A stretch of DNA of 64,000 nucleotides. It comes from Candidatus Cloacimonadales bacterium. Lineage in GTDB: Bacteria; Cloacimonadota; Cloacimonadia; Cloacimonadales; JAFGVF01. Made by a program: the position numbers and the translations under genes. The DNA is taken from contig OY782781.1 in assembly GCA_963678315.1 (NCBI GenBank), forward strand, positions 864,001-928,000. The letters are read 5' to 3'. The notes beneath the pieces were generated by a model. The model had not been told where the DNA came from. It saw nothing but the letters and a program-made list of their open reading frames with translations, and did no database searches. Shown piece by piece: positions 51,601-64,000 of the stretch (the first letter of the stretch is position 1; each line of letters begins with the position of its first letter).

Positions 51601-51805
51601 ACTGGGAACGCACAGCTGCTAGCTGGCCTTTCAAATAAAATAGAACACTGATAACGCAGATTAAACTGATATGATGTTTAGTTGTTTAGTTGTTTAGTTG
51701 TTGAGGAGTTTAGTTGTTGAGGTGTTTAATTGTTTAGATCTGAATTTGTGTAGCTAAGTTTTTTTTGTTGTGTCTTTGTGTTAAAAATGTAATTTGTATT
51801 CTTTA
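51601..51805. repeat. Repeat mosaic: ACTGGGAAC unit, GAACAC.GATAA.GCAGATTAAAC module and octamer tract (TGTTTAGT-like) x8
   Basis: 51601-51627 matches 60408-60434; 51643-51805 parallels 14889-15045. Confidence 0.75.
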
Positions 51806-52006
51806 TCACAATAGAAATTTTTCTGAAACTTACAGGTTGAATTTATTAATATAATCTCGATTTTACAGCAATTTTTATTAATAATCAAAATAATACATAA
51901 AAATATTAAAGACTTTAACTACCTATTTAACAAAAGTATGATAAAGAAGAATGTCTGTATTGATAAAACAAAAAGATAAAAAGATTAAAATAAGTATTGA
52001 CAAGAA

Positions 52007-52088
52007 AGCAGCTTCTTATAGTTTAACACAACCGATGCACGGGAGCTAAGGAAACGAAGCGACAGAGCAGAGGTAATGATCTTTGAAA
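52007..52088 (+). promoter_or_regulatory. rRNA operon promoter and boxA-like antitermination site
   Basis: TTGACA-16 nt-TAGTTT with an A-rich upstream tract; TGATCTTTGAAA at about 52077-52088. Confidence 0.6.
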
Positions 52089-52163
52089 GTTAAATTAAAA
52101 GTTTTTATAGAGTGAGAGAATGAATGTGAACTTGCGAGAGACAGAGAAAAACGATTTTTATTA

Positions 52164-53699
<1,536 letters not shown>

Positions 53700-53803
53700 T
53701 AAAGGAGAAATGTTTCTCGACGAGTTCACTTTCATTCTTTCATGAAATAAGATAGATTTTTAAAACAGTAAATAGAGTGTAATATAGAGTGTGTAAGATT
53801 TTT

Positions 53804-56783
<2,980 letters not shown>

Positions 56784-56911
56784 ATTAAATTTTATACACT
56801 CTATAGCTTTATTTTATTATGAATAAGGAGTGTAAGCATCTTGCTTACGCACATATTAATAATAGATAGAGTAAAAAACACTAATATAAATCATTTTTGG
56901 CAAGGGTCAAA

Positions 56912-57028
<117 letters not shown>

Positions 57029-57215
57029 TTGACCCTTGTCTTTTTTTACGTTAGTAAATACAAGGGTAAAGAGCAATATAAAATTTATTACAATTAGGAA
57101 ATCAAAAATTACGGATGATATCTTGCAAGTTATGATTGGAAATATCAAAATTCTATTGACAATTAATTAATATCTGCTAAAATTCACAAAATCATAGTTG
57201 TACAAAGGAGTAAAC

Positions 57216-58883
57216 ATGAATTTTATAAGATACAAGGCATTGATTATTGTTTGTCTATTTTTTTATTATCAGTCTTTATGTTGTGAAATTAGAAAAAGTT
57301 ATGAAGATATTAAGTATGAAGCGTTTGGTTTTTTAAAAGGACAAGAACTTACTCTAGAAAAGATACTGGATAGTAATCCTGATCTAAAAGAGGAAGTTTT
57401 TATTGCACAAACTAAATTTGCAGCTGCTTTTGGAAAATCTGAAAAAAAACTCAAAATAGATTTGAGAGAGAACATGCAGGCTAATTTTAAAACTTATGAA
57501 AATGAATTAGATAACAAAATAAATAAACTTTTAAAGACAATAACATTTGATAGAAAATACTCTCTTGAATATATCAATGAAGTTGAGAAAAGAGCTGAAG
57601 GGGAAATACCTGATCAGATACTTGGAGTATTACTTACATTTCAATATTTAGATGCACCTAGACAAGAAATGTCAGCTGGTTACACTAAATCATACTCAAC
57701 AAAAGGTCATCCTAAATCACGTGGTGTTACTATTAATTTGAAAGTACCTTTAAGTTGGAAAGGCGAGGAAGCTGAAAGACCAAATATAACTAGGAAATTT
57801 ACAAGTCAATATGGTAAAGGATTTGAATCTTTTGGTATAATGGTCAAAGATATAGGGTTAGATGATGATTATAGAATAACTGAAGAAGAATTAAATGACT
57901 ATTTTCAAGAGGAAGAGTTTCGAAAATTGATACCCGATAACAGCGAGTATGTTTCTGGTAAAAAAATATATCTCGATGGACTTATAGCAGGTAAAATCGT
58001 ATACATAACTAATGCAAAAAGATTAGATTATTCGTTTTCTGTAAAAAGTGTTATTTATACAACTTTTGTTGAAAACAAATGTGTAACATTGAATTGTGCT
58101 GTGGCAGTTGTTGATGAGGAAGAGTTGGATGCAAGGTTCGAACTTTTTGCAGACCTTTTTAATGAAGTTGCAAACTCTTTAGTGTTTCCTGACCAATATA
58201 CGATAAATAGCACTATAGATAATAATGGTATGGCGGAAAAACATGTTGGACAAAGTTTAACTCGTAAAGATTACTTAGTACAAAATGAACTTGTACAGAA
58301 AAGAATTAATGAAGGTGTAAGTAGAATCGTTAGTTTCATTATTATTATAATTATTTATACTATTTACAAAACTATTCAGTCAATGTTTATAAAAAGGAAA
58401 AAATTATCAGGGAAATATATCCAACGTGCTGTAATTAATATTGTTAGGTTAGGACGATACTCAAGAGTCTGGGCGATTATTCAATTTGTTTCAGCTATAG
58501 TTTTTATATATGATGGTTACTATATAAATTTCTTATTTATGACTCTTTTCAGTGGGGTCGTTTTTTTGGCAGGCAAAAAAATTAAAGTTATCGGTGCTAA
58601 CTCGATAAATTACATTTTAATTGTTCTGTCTGTATCGGCTATTTTTGCATACTTAATTCCTATTTTTTCCCTGATTTACTTAAAACTTAACGGAACTGTA
58701 CTAAACGACATTGGGTTCCTGTGGGTGAGCTTGTTTAGTGAGAATAGATTAATTAGGTTTGGCCCTGCTGTTTTAACACTCTTATTGTCTTTCTCATCTA
58801 TATCTAGTATATTCTCTTTTTATATTTTAAAAAGAGTAAATTGGCAGGACATTATGGAAAAAGAACATTATATATGTAAATGA
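57216..58883 (+). CDS. Hypothetical membrane protein (large exported N-terminal domain, ~5 C-terminal TM)
   Basis: Long ORF with SD AAGGAG before ATG 57216 (ORF track 57198); no family recognised. Confidence 0.7.
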   Translation: MNFIRYKALIIVCLFFYYQSLCCEIRKSYEDIKYEAFGFLKGQELTLEKILDSNPDLKEEVFIAQTKFAAAFGKSEKKLKIDLRENMQANFKTYENELDNKINKLLKTITFDRKYSLEYINEVEKRAEGEIPDQILGVLLTFQYLDAPRQEMSAGYTKSYSTKGHPKSRGVTINLKVPLSWKGEEAERPNITRKFTSQYGKGFESFGIMVKDIGLDDDYRITEEELNDYFQEEEFRKLIPDNSEYVSGKKIYLDGLIAGKIVYITNAKRLDYSFSVKSVIYTTFVENKCVTLNCAVAVVDEEELDARFELFADLFNEVANSLVFPDQYTINSTIDNNGMAEKHVGQSLTRKDYLVQNELVQKRINEGVSRIVSFIIIIIIYTIYKTIQSMFIKRKKLSGKYIQRAVINIVRLGRYSRVWAIIQFVSAIVFIYDGYYINFLFMTLFSGVVFLAGKKIKVIGANSINYILIVLSVSAIFAYLIPIFSLIYLKLNGTVLNDIGFLWVSLFSENRLIRFGPAVLTLLLSFSSISSIFSFYILKRVNWQDIMEKEHYICK

Positions 58884-58894
58884 GGAGGCACAGC

Positions 58895-60283
58895 ATGTGT
58901 TTAAAGAGAATGTATTTTATATTGGTTAGTGTTCTATTTACTTTGGCATTATATTCACAGGGGCAATTTCCAAGCATTGAAGGTGGAAATCTAACTTTTA
59001 GAAGTGAAGATGGGCATATACTTCTTAGGTCACCAATATCTGCTAATAATAGAGAGACAGTTAGTCTTCTTTCAAGAATTAACTATGGTTCTGAACCTGA
59101 TCCTTTAAATTATGTAACTTATGATTACGATGATTGGGGAAATGTTGCATACATCAGAAGTTATAATTTTCAAGGGGAAGATTATGGAACAATACTTAGC
59201 TATTGGATGAATGATGAATATGATATGTTAGGAAGGGTGATAACACATGAAACAAATAGTCTTGTAGATTTAGATGGAAATGATGAAACAAATTTCACAA
59301 CTTATTATTATCATGCTGATACGACCAATATTGACTCTACAACGACATATATGCAGGTAAGTTCTCCTGGTATGAATATAATGAAAAAGGTAGATTATAA
59401 CTACAATGAAGATTCCTTAGTTTCTGCCAAGTTAGAATATTGGGATCAGGAATGGTATTACGAGGAAGCTCCAATTTATGAATTGCAGTATAAGGATGAA
59501 TTTACATATGCAGAAAACTATTTATGTCAAGAGCATTTTAGTTATGAACAGACTACTGAAGAGTTTAATCCTGAAAGCAAAAATGAAACATTTACTGAAG
59601 GAAGCAATATAACGCAAATATATTCACGAACTGACTTCTCCTCTGATACTTATCAACCTTATCTTAAAAATGAATCTTTATATAATGATGGTGGCCAACT
59701 TACCGAATACAGGAGCTTCTTCTTTAATAATAGTCAAGATTGGGTTCTTAACACTTATATTACTTACGATTATTCCGAAGATGGATTATTGGAAACAAGT
59801 ACTAGCCATAAACTAGATACATTCAGTCTTGAAAGCGAATTTTATATCACTATGATTCAAAACTACTACTACAATAATCTTTCACAAATCGACTATATAA
59901 ATCTTAGATATTTTAATCAAGATGATCAAGAAAATCCATATTCCGAGACTCAATATGATTACATTTATTCTGAATTTACTGAAAATAGTTCGGAATCAAT
60001 TGATAGTCCTAACTTCAATCTAGCTAATTATCCTAATCCATTTAATCCAGAAACTACAATTTCTTTTAATATAATTGAAGATAGTGATGTAAAACTGGAA
60101 GTCTTTAATGTTAAAGGGCAACATGTTAAAACACTAATAAATGATAGATTGTTGTCTGGTAATCATCAAGTTGTATGGAAGGGTAGGGATGAAAACAATA
60201 GCAATGTCGCTTCAGGGATTTATTTTTATAGGATCAAGAATGGGCTAAATTCTACAACAAAGAAGTGTATCTTGATGAAATAA
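58895..60283 (+). CDS. Secreted Tyr-rich beta-repeat protein with FlgD/T9SS-type C-terminal domain
   Basis: Signal peptide; YxYDxxG-like repeats; C-terminus NYPNPFNPETTI...KKCILMK. ATG 58895 follows GAGGAGG (ORF track 58880). Confidence 0.8.
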   Translation: MCLKRMYFILVSVLFTLALYSQGQFPSIEGGNLTFRSEDGHILLRSPISANNRETVSLLSRINYGSEPDPLNYVTYDYDDWGNVAYIRSYNFQGEDYGTILSYWMNDEYDMLGRVITHETNSLVDLDGNDETNFTTYYYHADTTNIDSTTTYMQVSSPGMNIMKKVDYNYNEDSLVSAKLEYWDQEWYYEEAPIYELQYKDEFTYAENYLCQEHFSYEQTTEEFNPESKNETFTEGSNITQIYSRTDFSSDTYQPYLKNESLYNDGGQLTEYRSFFFNNSQDWVLNTYITYDYSEDGLLETSTSHKLDTFSLESEFYITMIQNYYYNNLSQIDYINLRYFNQDDQENPYSETQYDYIYSEFTENSSESIDSPNFNLANYPNPFNPETTISFNIIEDSDVKLEVFNVKGQHVKTLINDRLLSGNHQVVWKGRDENNSNVASGIYFYRIKNGLNSTTKKCILMK

Positions 60284-60313
60284 CAGAAAGATTTATAGTA
60301 TAAATTAAAAAGT

Positions 60314-60640
60314 TTTAATGAAATATACCTTGTCCCTTACTTGCCACCTTGAAAAAAGTCCAATTTTTCAAGGAGGCAAGTAAGTTAGGAGTTAGAAGTG
60401 AGGACATACTGGGAACGCACAGCTGCTAGCTGGCAAAAAGAAGTTAGTACATACTGGGATCGCTAGCCTCTGTGCTGGCTTCACTTAGAACACAGTGATA
60501 AGTGAATTTGTAGAGACGTTTGGGAAAACGTCTCAATCGCAAGCTGGAAGCTTGCAACCCGATAATATTTCGAAAGCAAGATGCTTGGCAGCAGAAGATG
60601 ATGGAGAGTAAGCAAGCACCGATAGGTGAAGAATTTCAGT
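60314..60640. repeat. Repeat mosaic (family A, heptamers, ACTGGGAAC unit, family B, CAAGCT..AGCTTG hairpin)
   Basis: Largely the inverse of 4479-4891; its first ~45 bp match 14161-14205. Confidence 0.85.
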
Positions 60641-60827
60641 CTAATGGCTAGAACATAAGCCCAAAAAAGTTCTAAAAAATAAAAAAACAAGCATTATTTA
60701 CTATTATACCATATCAAATTCCCTGATAAATTTAAATTTTCAGGGAGAAAATAATTCTAATAAAAAAGCATGGAAAAGAAGAGATTAATTACTGAAAAAC
60801 AGTAAGTTAAAAAAAGATAAAAAAGTA

Positions 60828-61146
60828 TTGACAGTTTTGTAAGTGCATAGAAATTGGTTAGAAATGGCACACTCACGTATTAGTGAGGTAGAGCAAAAGC
60901 TTGCTAGGAAAGCTTGTAGATCTTTGCGATAAGCGTCACGAGGTACGCTTTGCAACACATATAGTTGGAGACTATACAACGTGTAAAGTATAGTCGGTGG
61001 ATAATTACATATAAAAAATGATGTAAGAGCCTCGTCGCGCGTAAATGAATATAAATAACGAATTTAACAATTAAATCAAATACAATAATAAATAAAAAAT
61101 AAGCAAACAGATAATATTTATAGCAACGCTATAAATGGAGGAATCC
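60828..61146 (+). promoter_or_regulatory. S10 operon promoter region and structured 5' leader (putative ribosomal-protein leader)
   Basis: TTGACA at 60828; several hairpins and a long-range helix in a GC-richer island at 60870-61040. Confidence 0.55.
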
Positions 61147-61470
61147 GTGAGTAAAGATAATAAAATCAGAATTAAACTCAAAGCTTATGACCATCGTCTG
61201 TTGGACCAATCAGTGCAAGAAATTGTAAATAGCACAAGAAACACAGGTGCAAAAATAGTAGGTCCTATTCCATTACCAACAGACAGATCTTTATATACAA
61301 TATTAAGATCTCCACACGTTAATAAAAAAGCTAGAGACCAATATCAAATGTTGGTACATAAGAGATTAGTGGATATAGTAAATCCAACTCCTCAAACAAC
61401 TGCTGCATTAAAGAAGATGAGCTTACCTGCTGGTGTTCATGTGGAAATTAAGGCAACTGAAAGGAGCTAA
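61147..61470 (+). CDS. rpsJ: 30S ribosomal protein S10
   Basis: [39 protein letters not shown] 61147 follows GGAGG (ORF track 61135). Confidence 0.97.
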   Translation: MSKDNKIRIKLKAYDHRLLDQSVQEIVNSTRNTGAKIVGPIPLPTDRSLYTILRSPHVNKKARDQYQMLVHKRLVDIVNPTPQTTAALKKMSLPAGVHVEIKATERS

Positions 61471-61472
61471 GG

Positions 61473-62096
61473 ATGATTGGATTAATAGGAAAAAAGATTG
61501 GTATGACTCAAGTTTTTGACCAAGATGGTAGAGTAACACCTGTTACAATGTTACAGGTTGGACCATGTAAGGTTTTAGAACTTAAGAATGAAGATAAAGA
61601 TGGTTACACTGCAATCAAACTTGGTTATGAAAAATTAGCTGAGAAGAAAGTTAACAAGCCAATGGCTGGTTACTTCAAATCAGTTGGTGTAGAGCCATGT
61701 AGATATATCAAAGAATTCAGAGTTAGAAATATACAAGATACACAGTTAAAAGATGAATTCACTGTTGAGCTATTCCAAGAAAATGAACTTGTTACAATTA
61801 CTGGTACTTCTAAAGGTAGAGGTTTCGCAGGTGTAATGAAAAGGTGGAACTTCCAAGGTTTCATGTCTTCACATGGTGTGCATGAATCATTTAGAGGACC
61901 AGGTTCAATCGGTCAATGTGCTACTCCAGCTCGTGTTTTGAAAGGTAAAAAGATGGCTGGACATTATGGTGTTGATCAAGTTACAGTTAAGAACTTAAAA
62001 GTGATTAAGATCGATGTTGAAAAGAATTTAATCATGGTTAAGGGTGCTGTACCTGGACATCGTAATAGCTTAGTTCTTCTTAAGAAGAGTATGTAA
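61473..62096 (+). CDS. rplC: 50S ribosomal protein L3
   Basis: GKKIGMTQVF, SKGRGFAGVMKRWNF, PGSIG, GKKMAGHYG. Confidence 0.97.
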   Translation: MIGLIGKKIGMTQVFDQDGRVTPVTMLQVGPCKVLELKNEDKDGYTAIKLGYEKLAEKKVNKPMAGYFKSVGVEPCRYIKEFRVRNIQDTQLKDEFTVELFQENELVTITGTSKGRGFAGVMKRWNFQGFMSSHGVHESFRGPGSIGQCATPARVLKGKKMAGHYGVDQVTVKNLKVIKIDVEKNLIMVKGAVPGHRNSLVLLKKSM

Positions 62097-62108
62097 CGGA
62101 GGAATTAG

Positions 62109-62744
62109 ATGGCTAATGCAATAAAATATAATATAAATGGTGAAAAAGTTGGGGAAATAGCACTTCCTGCTTCAGTGTTTGAAGCTGATTGCAAAAATCC
62201 TAAAGCTTTATTATATGAAGTTGTTAATATGTATCTTGCAAATCAAAGACAAGGCACTAAGGCAACAAAATCAAGAGGATTAGTTAGTGGTAGTACTAAG
62301 AAGCTTGGAAAGCAAAAAGGTTCTGGTAATGCACGTATGGGTTCAAGAAGATCACCAGTAAGAGTTGGTGGTGGACATGCATTCAGAATTGATCCAAAAT
62401 GTTGGTACAAACACATTCCTGCTAAGAAGAAAAGATTAGCTTTAAAATTAGCTTTAACAGATAGAGCAGCTAATGGAAACATCTTTGTAGTAGAAAACTT
62501 AAATTATGACAAGCCAAGTACAAAAACAGCTCGTAACCTAATCGATAGTATCATTACTGAAAAGGGCAAAGTACTTGTAGTTACAAAAGGTAACAACGTT
62601 CCTGTTGTTAAATCTTTTACTAACTTAGAGCATGTAATGACAGATAGAGCAGATGGTCTTAACGCATACGGTATATTGAAAAGTACTTATGTTGTGATGA
62701 CTGAAGAAGCTTTACAGCAAGTTGAGGAGGTATTTGGTAAATGA
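62109..62744 (+). CDS. rplD: 50S ribosomal protein L4
   Basis: [28 protein letters not shown]. Confidence 0.96.
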   Translation: MANAIKYNINGEKVGEIALPASVFEADCKNPKALLYEVVNMYLANQRQGTKATKSRGLVSGSTKKLGKQKGSGNARMGSRRSPVRVGGGHAFRIDPKCWYKHIPAKKKRLALKLALTDRAANGNIFVVENLNYDKPSTKTARNLIDSIITEKGKVLVVTKGNNVPVVKSFTNLEHVMTDRADGLNAYGILKSTYVVMTEEALQQVEEVFGK

Positions 62745-63028
62745 TACATCCAAGAGAAATTATAATAGCTCCTATGCTTACAGAAAAATCAATGACAGAG
62801 AAAGAGCTTCATAACAGATACACATTTAAAGTTAGTATTAATGCTAACAAGATTGAAATCAAAAAAGCTATTGAAAAAGTTTTTTCTGTGAAAGTTGTTA
62901 AAATAAATACTATTCGCATGAAAGGTAAACCAAAAAGAATGGGAAGATATGAAGGAAGACGTCCAAACTGGAAAAAAGCTATAGTGACTCTTCAAGCAGA
63001 TCATAAGATCCCTGATTTTGAAGTTTAA
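62741..63028 (+). CDS. rplW: 50S ribosomal protein L23
   Basis: [26 protein letters not shown]. Confidence 0.96.
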   Translation: MIHPREIIIAPMLTEKSMTEKELHNRYTFKVSINANKIEIKKAIEKVFSVKVVKINTIRMKGKPKRMGRYEGRRPNWKKAIVTLQADHKIPDFEV

Positions 63029-63040
63029 TAGGAGTGAAGA

Positions 63041-63868
63041 ATGGGAATTAAAAAATATAAACCGATTACACCTACCCAACGTTTCAAGACAGGATATACA
63101 TTTGAAGAAATCACAAAAACTACTCCTGAGAAATCACTTTTAGCTAAATTATCTAAAACTGGTGGTAGAAACAATAAAGGTCGTATCACTTGTCGTCACA
63201 AAGGTGGCGGTCACAGAAGACATTATAGAATCATAGATTTTAAGAGAAATAAAATAAATATTCCAGCAAAAGTAGCATCAATTGAATATGATCCAAACCG
63301 TTCAGCTAGAATCGCTCTTCTTTACTATGCAGATGGTGAAAAAAGATATATTGTAGCTCAAGATGGGTTAAAAGTTGGAATGGAAGTCATCTCAGGTGCA
63401 AAAGCTCCTATTAAAGTTGGTAATGCATTACCATTAGAGAATATTCCATTAGGTACAACAATTTCTTGTGTTGAATTGAAGAAAGGTAAAGGTGCTCAAA
63501 TTGCACGTTCAGCTGGTTCAATGGCTCAATTAGTGGCTAAAGAAGGAGATTACGTTCATGTAAAAATGCCTTCTAACGATGTACATTTAATTAGAAAAGA
63601 ATGTATGGCTGTTATTGGTCAAGTTGGTAACATTGAACACAACTTAATAATTATTGGTAAAGCTGGTAGAAGCAGATGGTTAGGTATCAGACCTACAGTC
63701 CGTGGTGTTGTTATGAACCCAGTAGATCACCCACACGGTGGTGGTGAAGGTAAAACTTCAGGTGGACGTCATCCAGTTTCTCCATGGGGTAAATTAGCTA
63801 AGGGTGGAAAAACTCGTAAGACTAAGAAATACTCTAACAAGTATATCATTAAATCTAAAAAGAAGTAA
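63041..63868 (+). CDS. rplB: 50S ribosomal protein L2
   Basis: [39 protein letters not shown]. Confidence 0.98.
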   Translation: MGIKKYKPITPTQRFKTGYTFEEITKTTPEKSLLAKLSKTGGRNNKGRITCRHKGGGHRRHYRIIDFKRNKINIPAKVASIEYDPNRSARIALLYYADGEKRYIVAQDGLKVGMEVISGAKAPIKVGNALPLENIPLGTTISCVELKKGKGAQIARSAGSMAQLVAKEGDYVHVKMPSNDVHLIRKECMAVIGQVGNIEHNLIIIGKAGRSRWLGIRPTVRGVVMNPVDHPHGGGEGKTSGGRHPVSPWGKLAKGGKTRKTKKYSNKYIIKSKKK

Positions 63869-63887
63869 GCTGACGTAGGAGAAAAAA

Positions 63888-64000
63888 ATGCCTAGATCAA
63901 TAAAAAAAGGACCTTTCGTCGATGATCATTTGATGAAAAAGGTTGAAGCACAATTAGAAAGTAAAGATAGATCAGTGATTAAGACTTGGTCAAGAAGATC
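63888..64000 (+). CDS. rpsS: 30S ribosomal protein S19, partial (runs off the window end)
   Basis: Manual translation [19 protein letters not shown]...IKTWSRR; SD AGGAG. Confidence 0.95.
   Translation, partial: MPRSIKKGPFVDDHLMKKVEAQLESKDRSVIKTWSRR

Noticed and set aside
53700..53803. tRNA in the 16S-23S spacer
   Set aside because: About 105 bp, accounted for by processing stems; no cloverleaf or T-loop motif.
58895..60283. RHS/YD polymorphic toxin
   Set aside because: No RHS core terminus (DPxG), toxin tip or immunity gene; it ends in a FlgD/T9SS-type CTD.

Overview
AT-rich chromosomal window, most likely from a Cloacimonadota (WWE1/Cloacimonetes) bacterium. This is inferred from 16S signature stretches, FlgD/T9SS-type C-terminal tails and porX-tsaE synteny, not from a database search. 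It is mostly core genome: partial ftcD, prfA, rpmE, rseP, tgt, panB, porX-tsaE, rpmB, rpsP-khpA-rimM-trmD-SPOUT-rplS-acpS, adk-Ktr/Trk-rluD-ribBA, a complete 16S-23S-5S operon without ITS tRNAs, and the start of the S10 operon. There is also a signalling cluster (three histidine kinases, a degenerate NtrC-like regulator, PP2C, an orphan solute-binding protein) and four secreted proteins carrying two different C-terminal tags. No CRISPR array, tRNA, phage or transposase is supported. The least ordinary content is non-coding. (1) Seven large intergenic gaps hold a mosaic built from a shared kit of REP-like hairpins and 7/8-nt microsatellites, including an 11-unit ~36-bp hairpin array and a 267-bp tandem duplication. 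(2) There is a stand-alone candidate sRNA with an anti-Shine-Dalgarno motif. (3) tgt apparently starts at ATC. (4) The 23S rRNA carries a helix-45 intervening sequence. (5) The S10 leader can fold in two alternative ways. All structures were read by eye; no folding, HMM or BLAST runs were possible.
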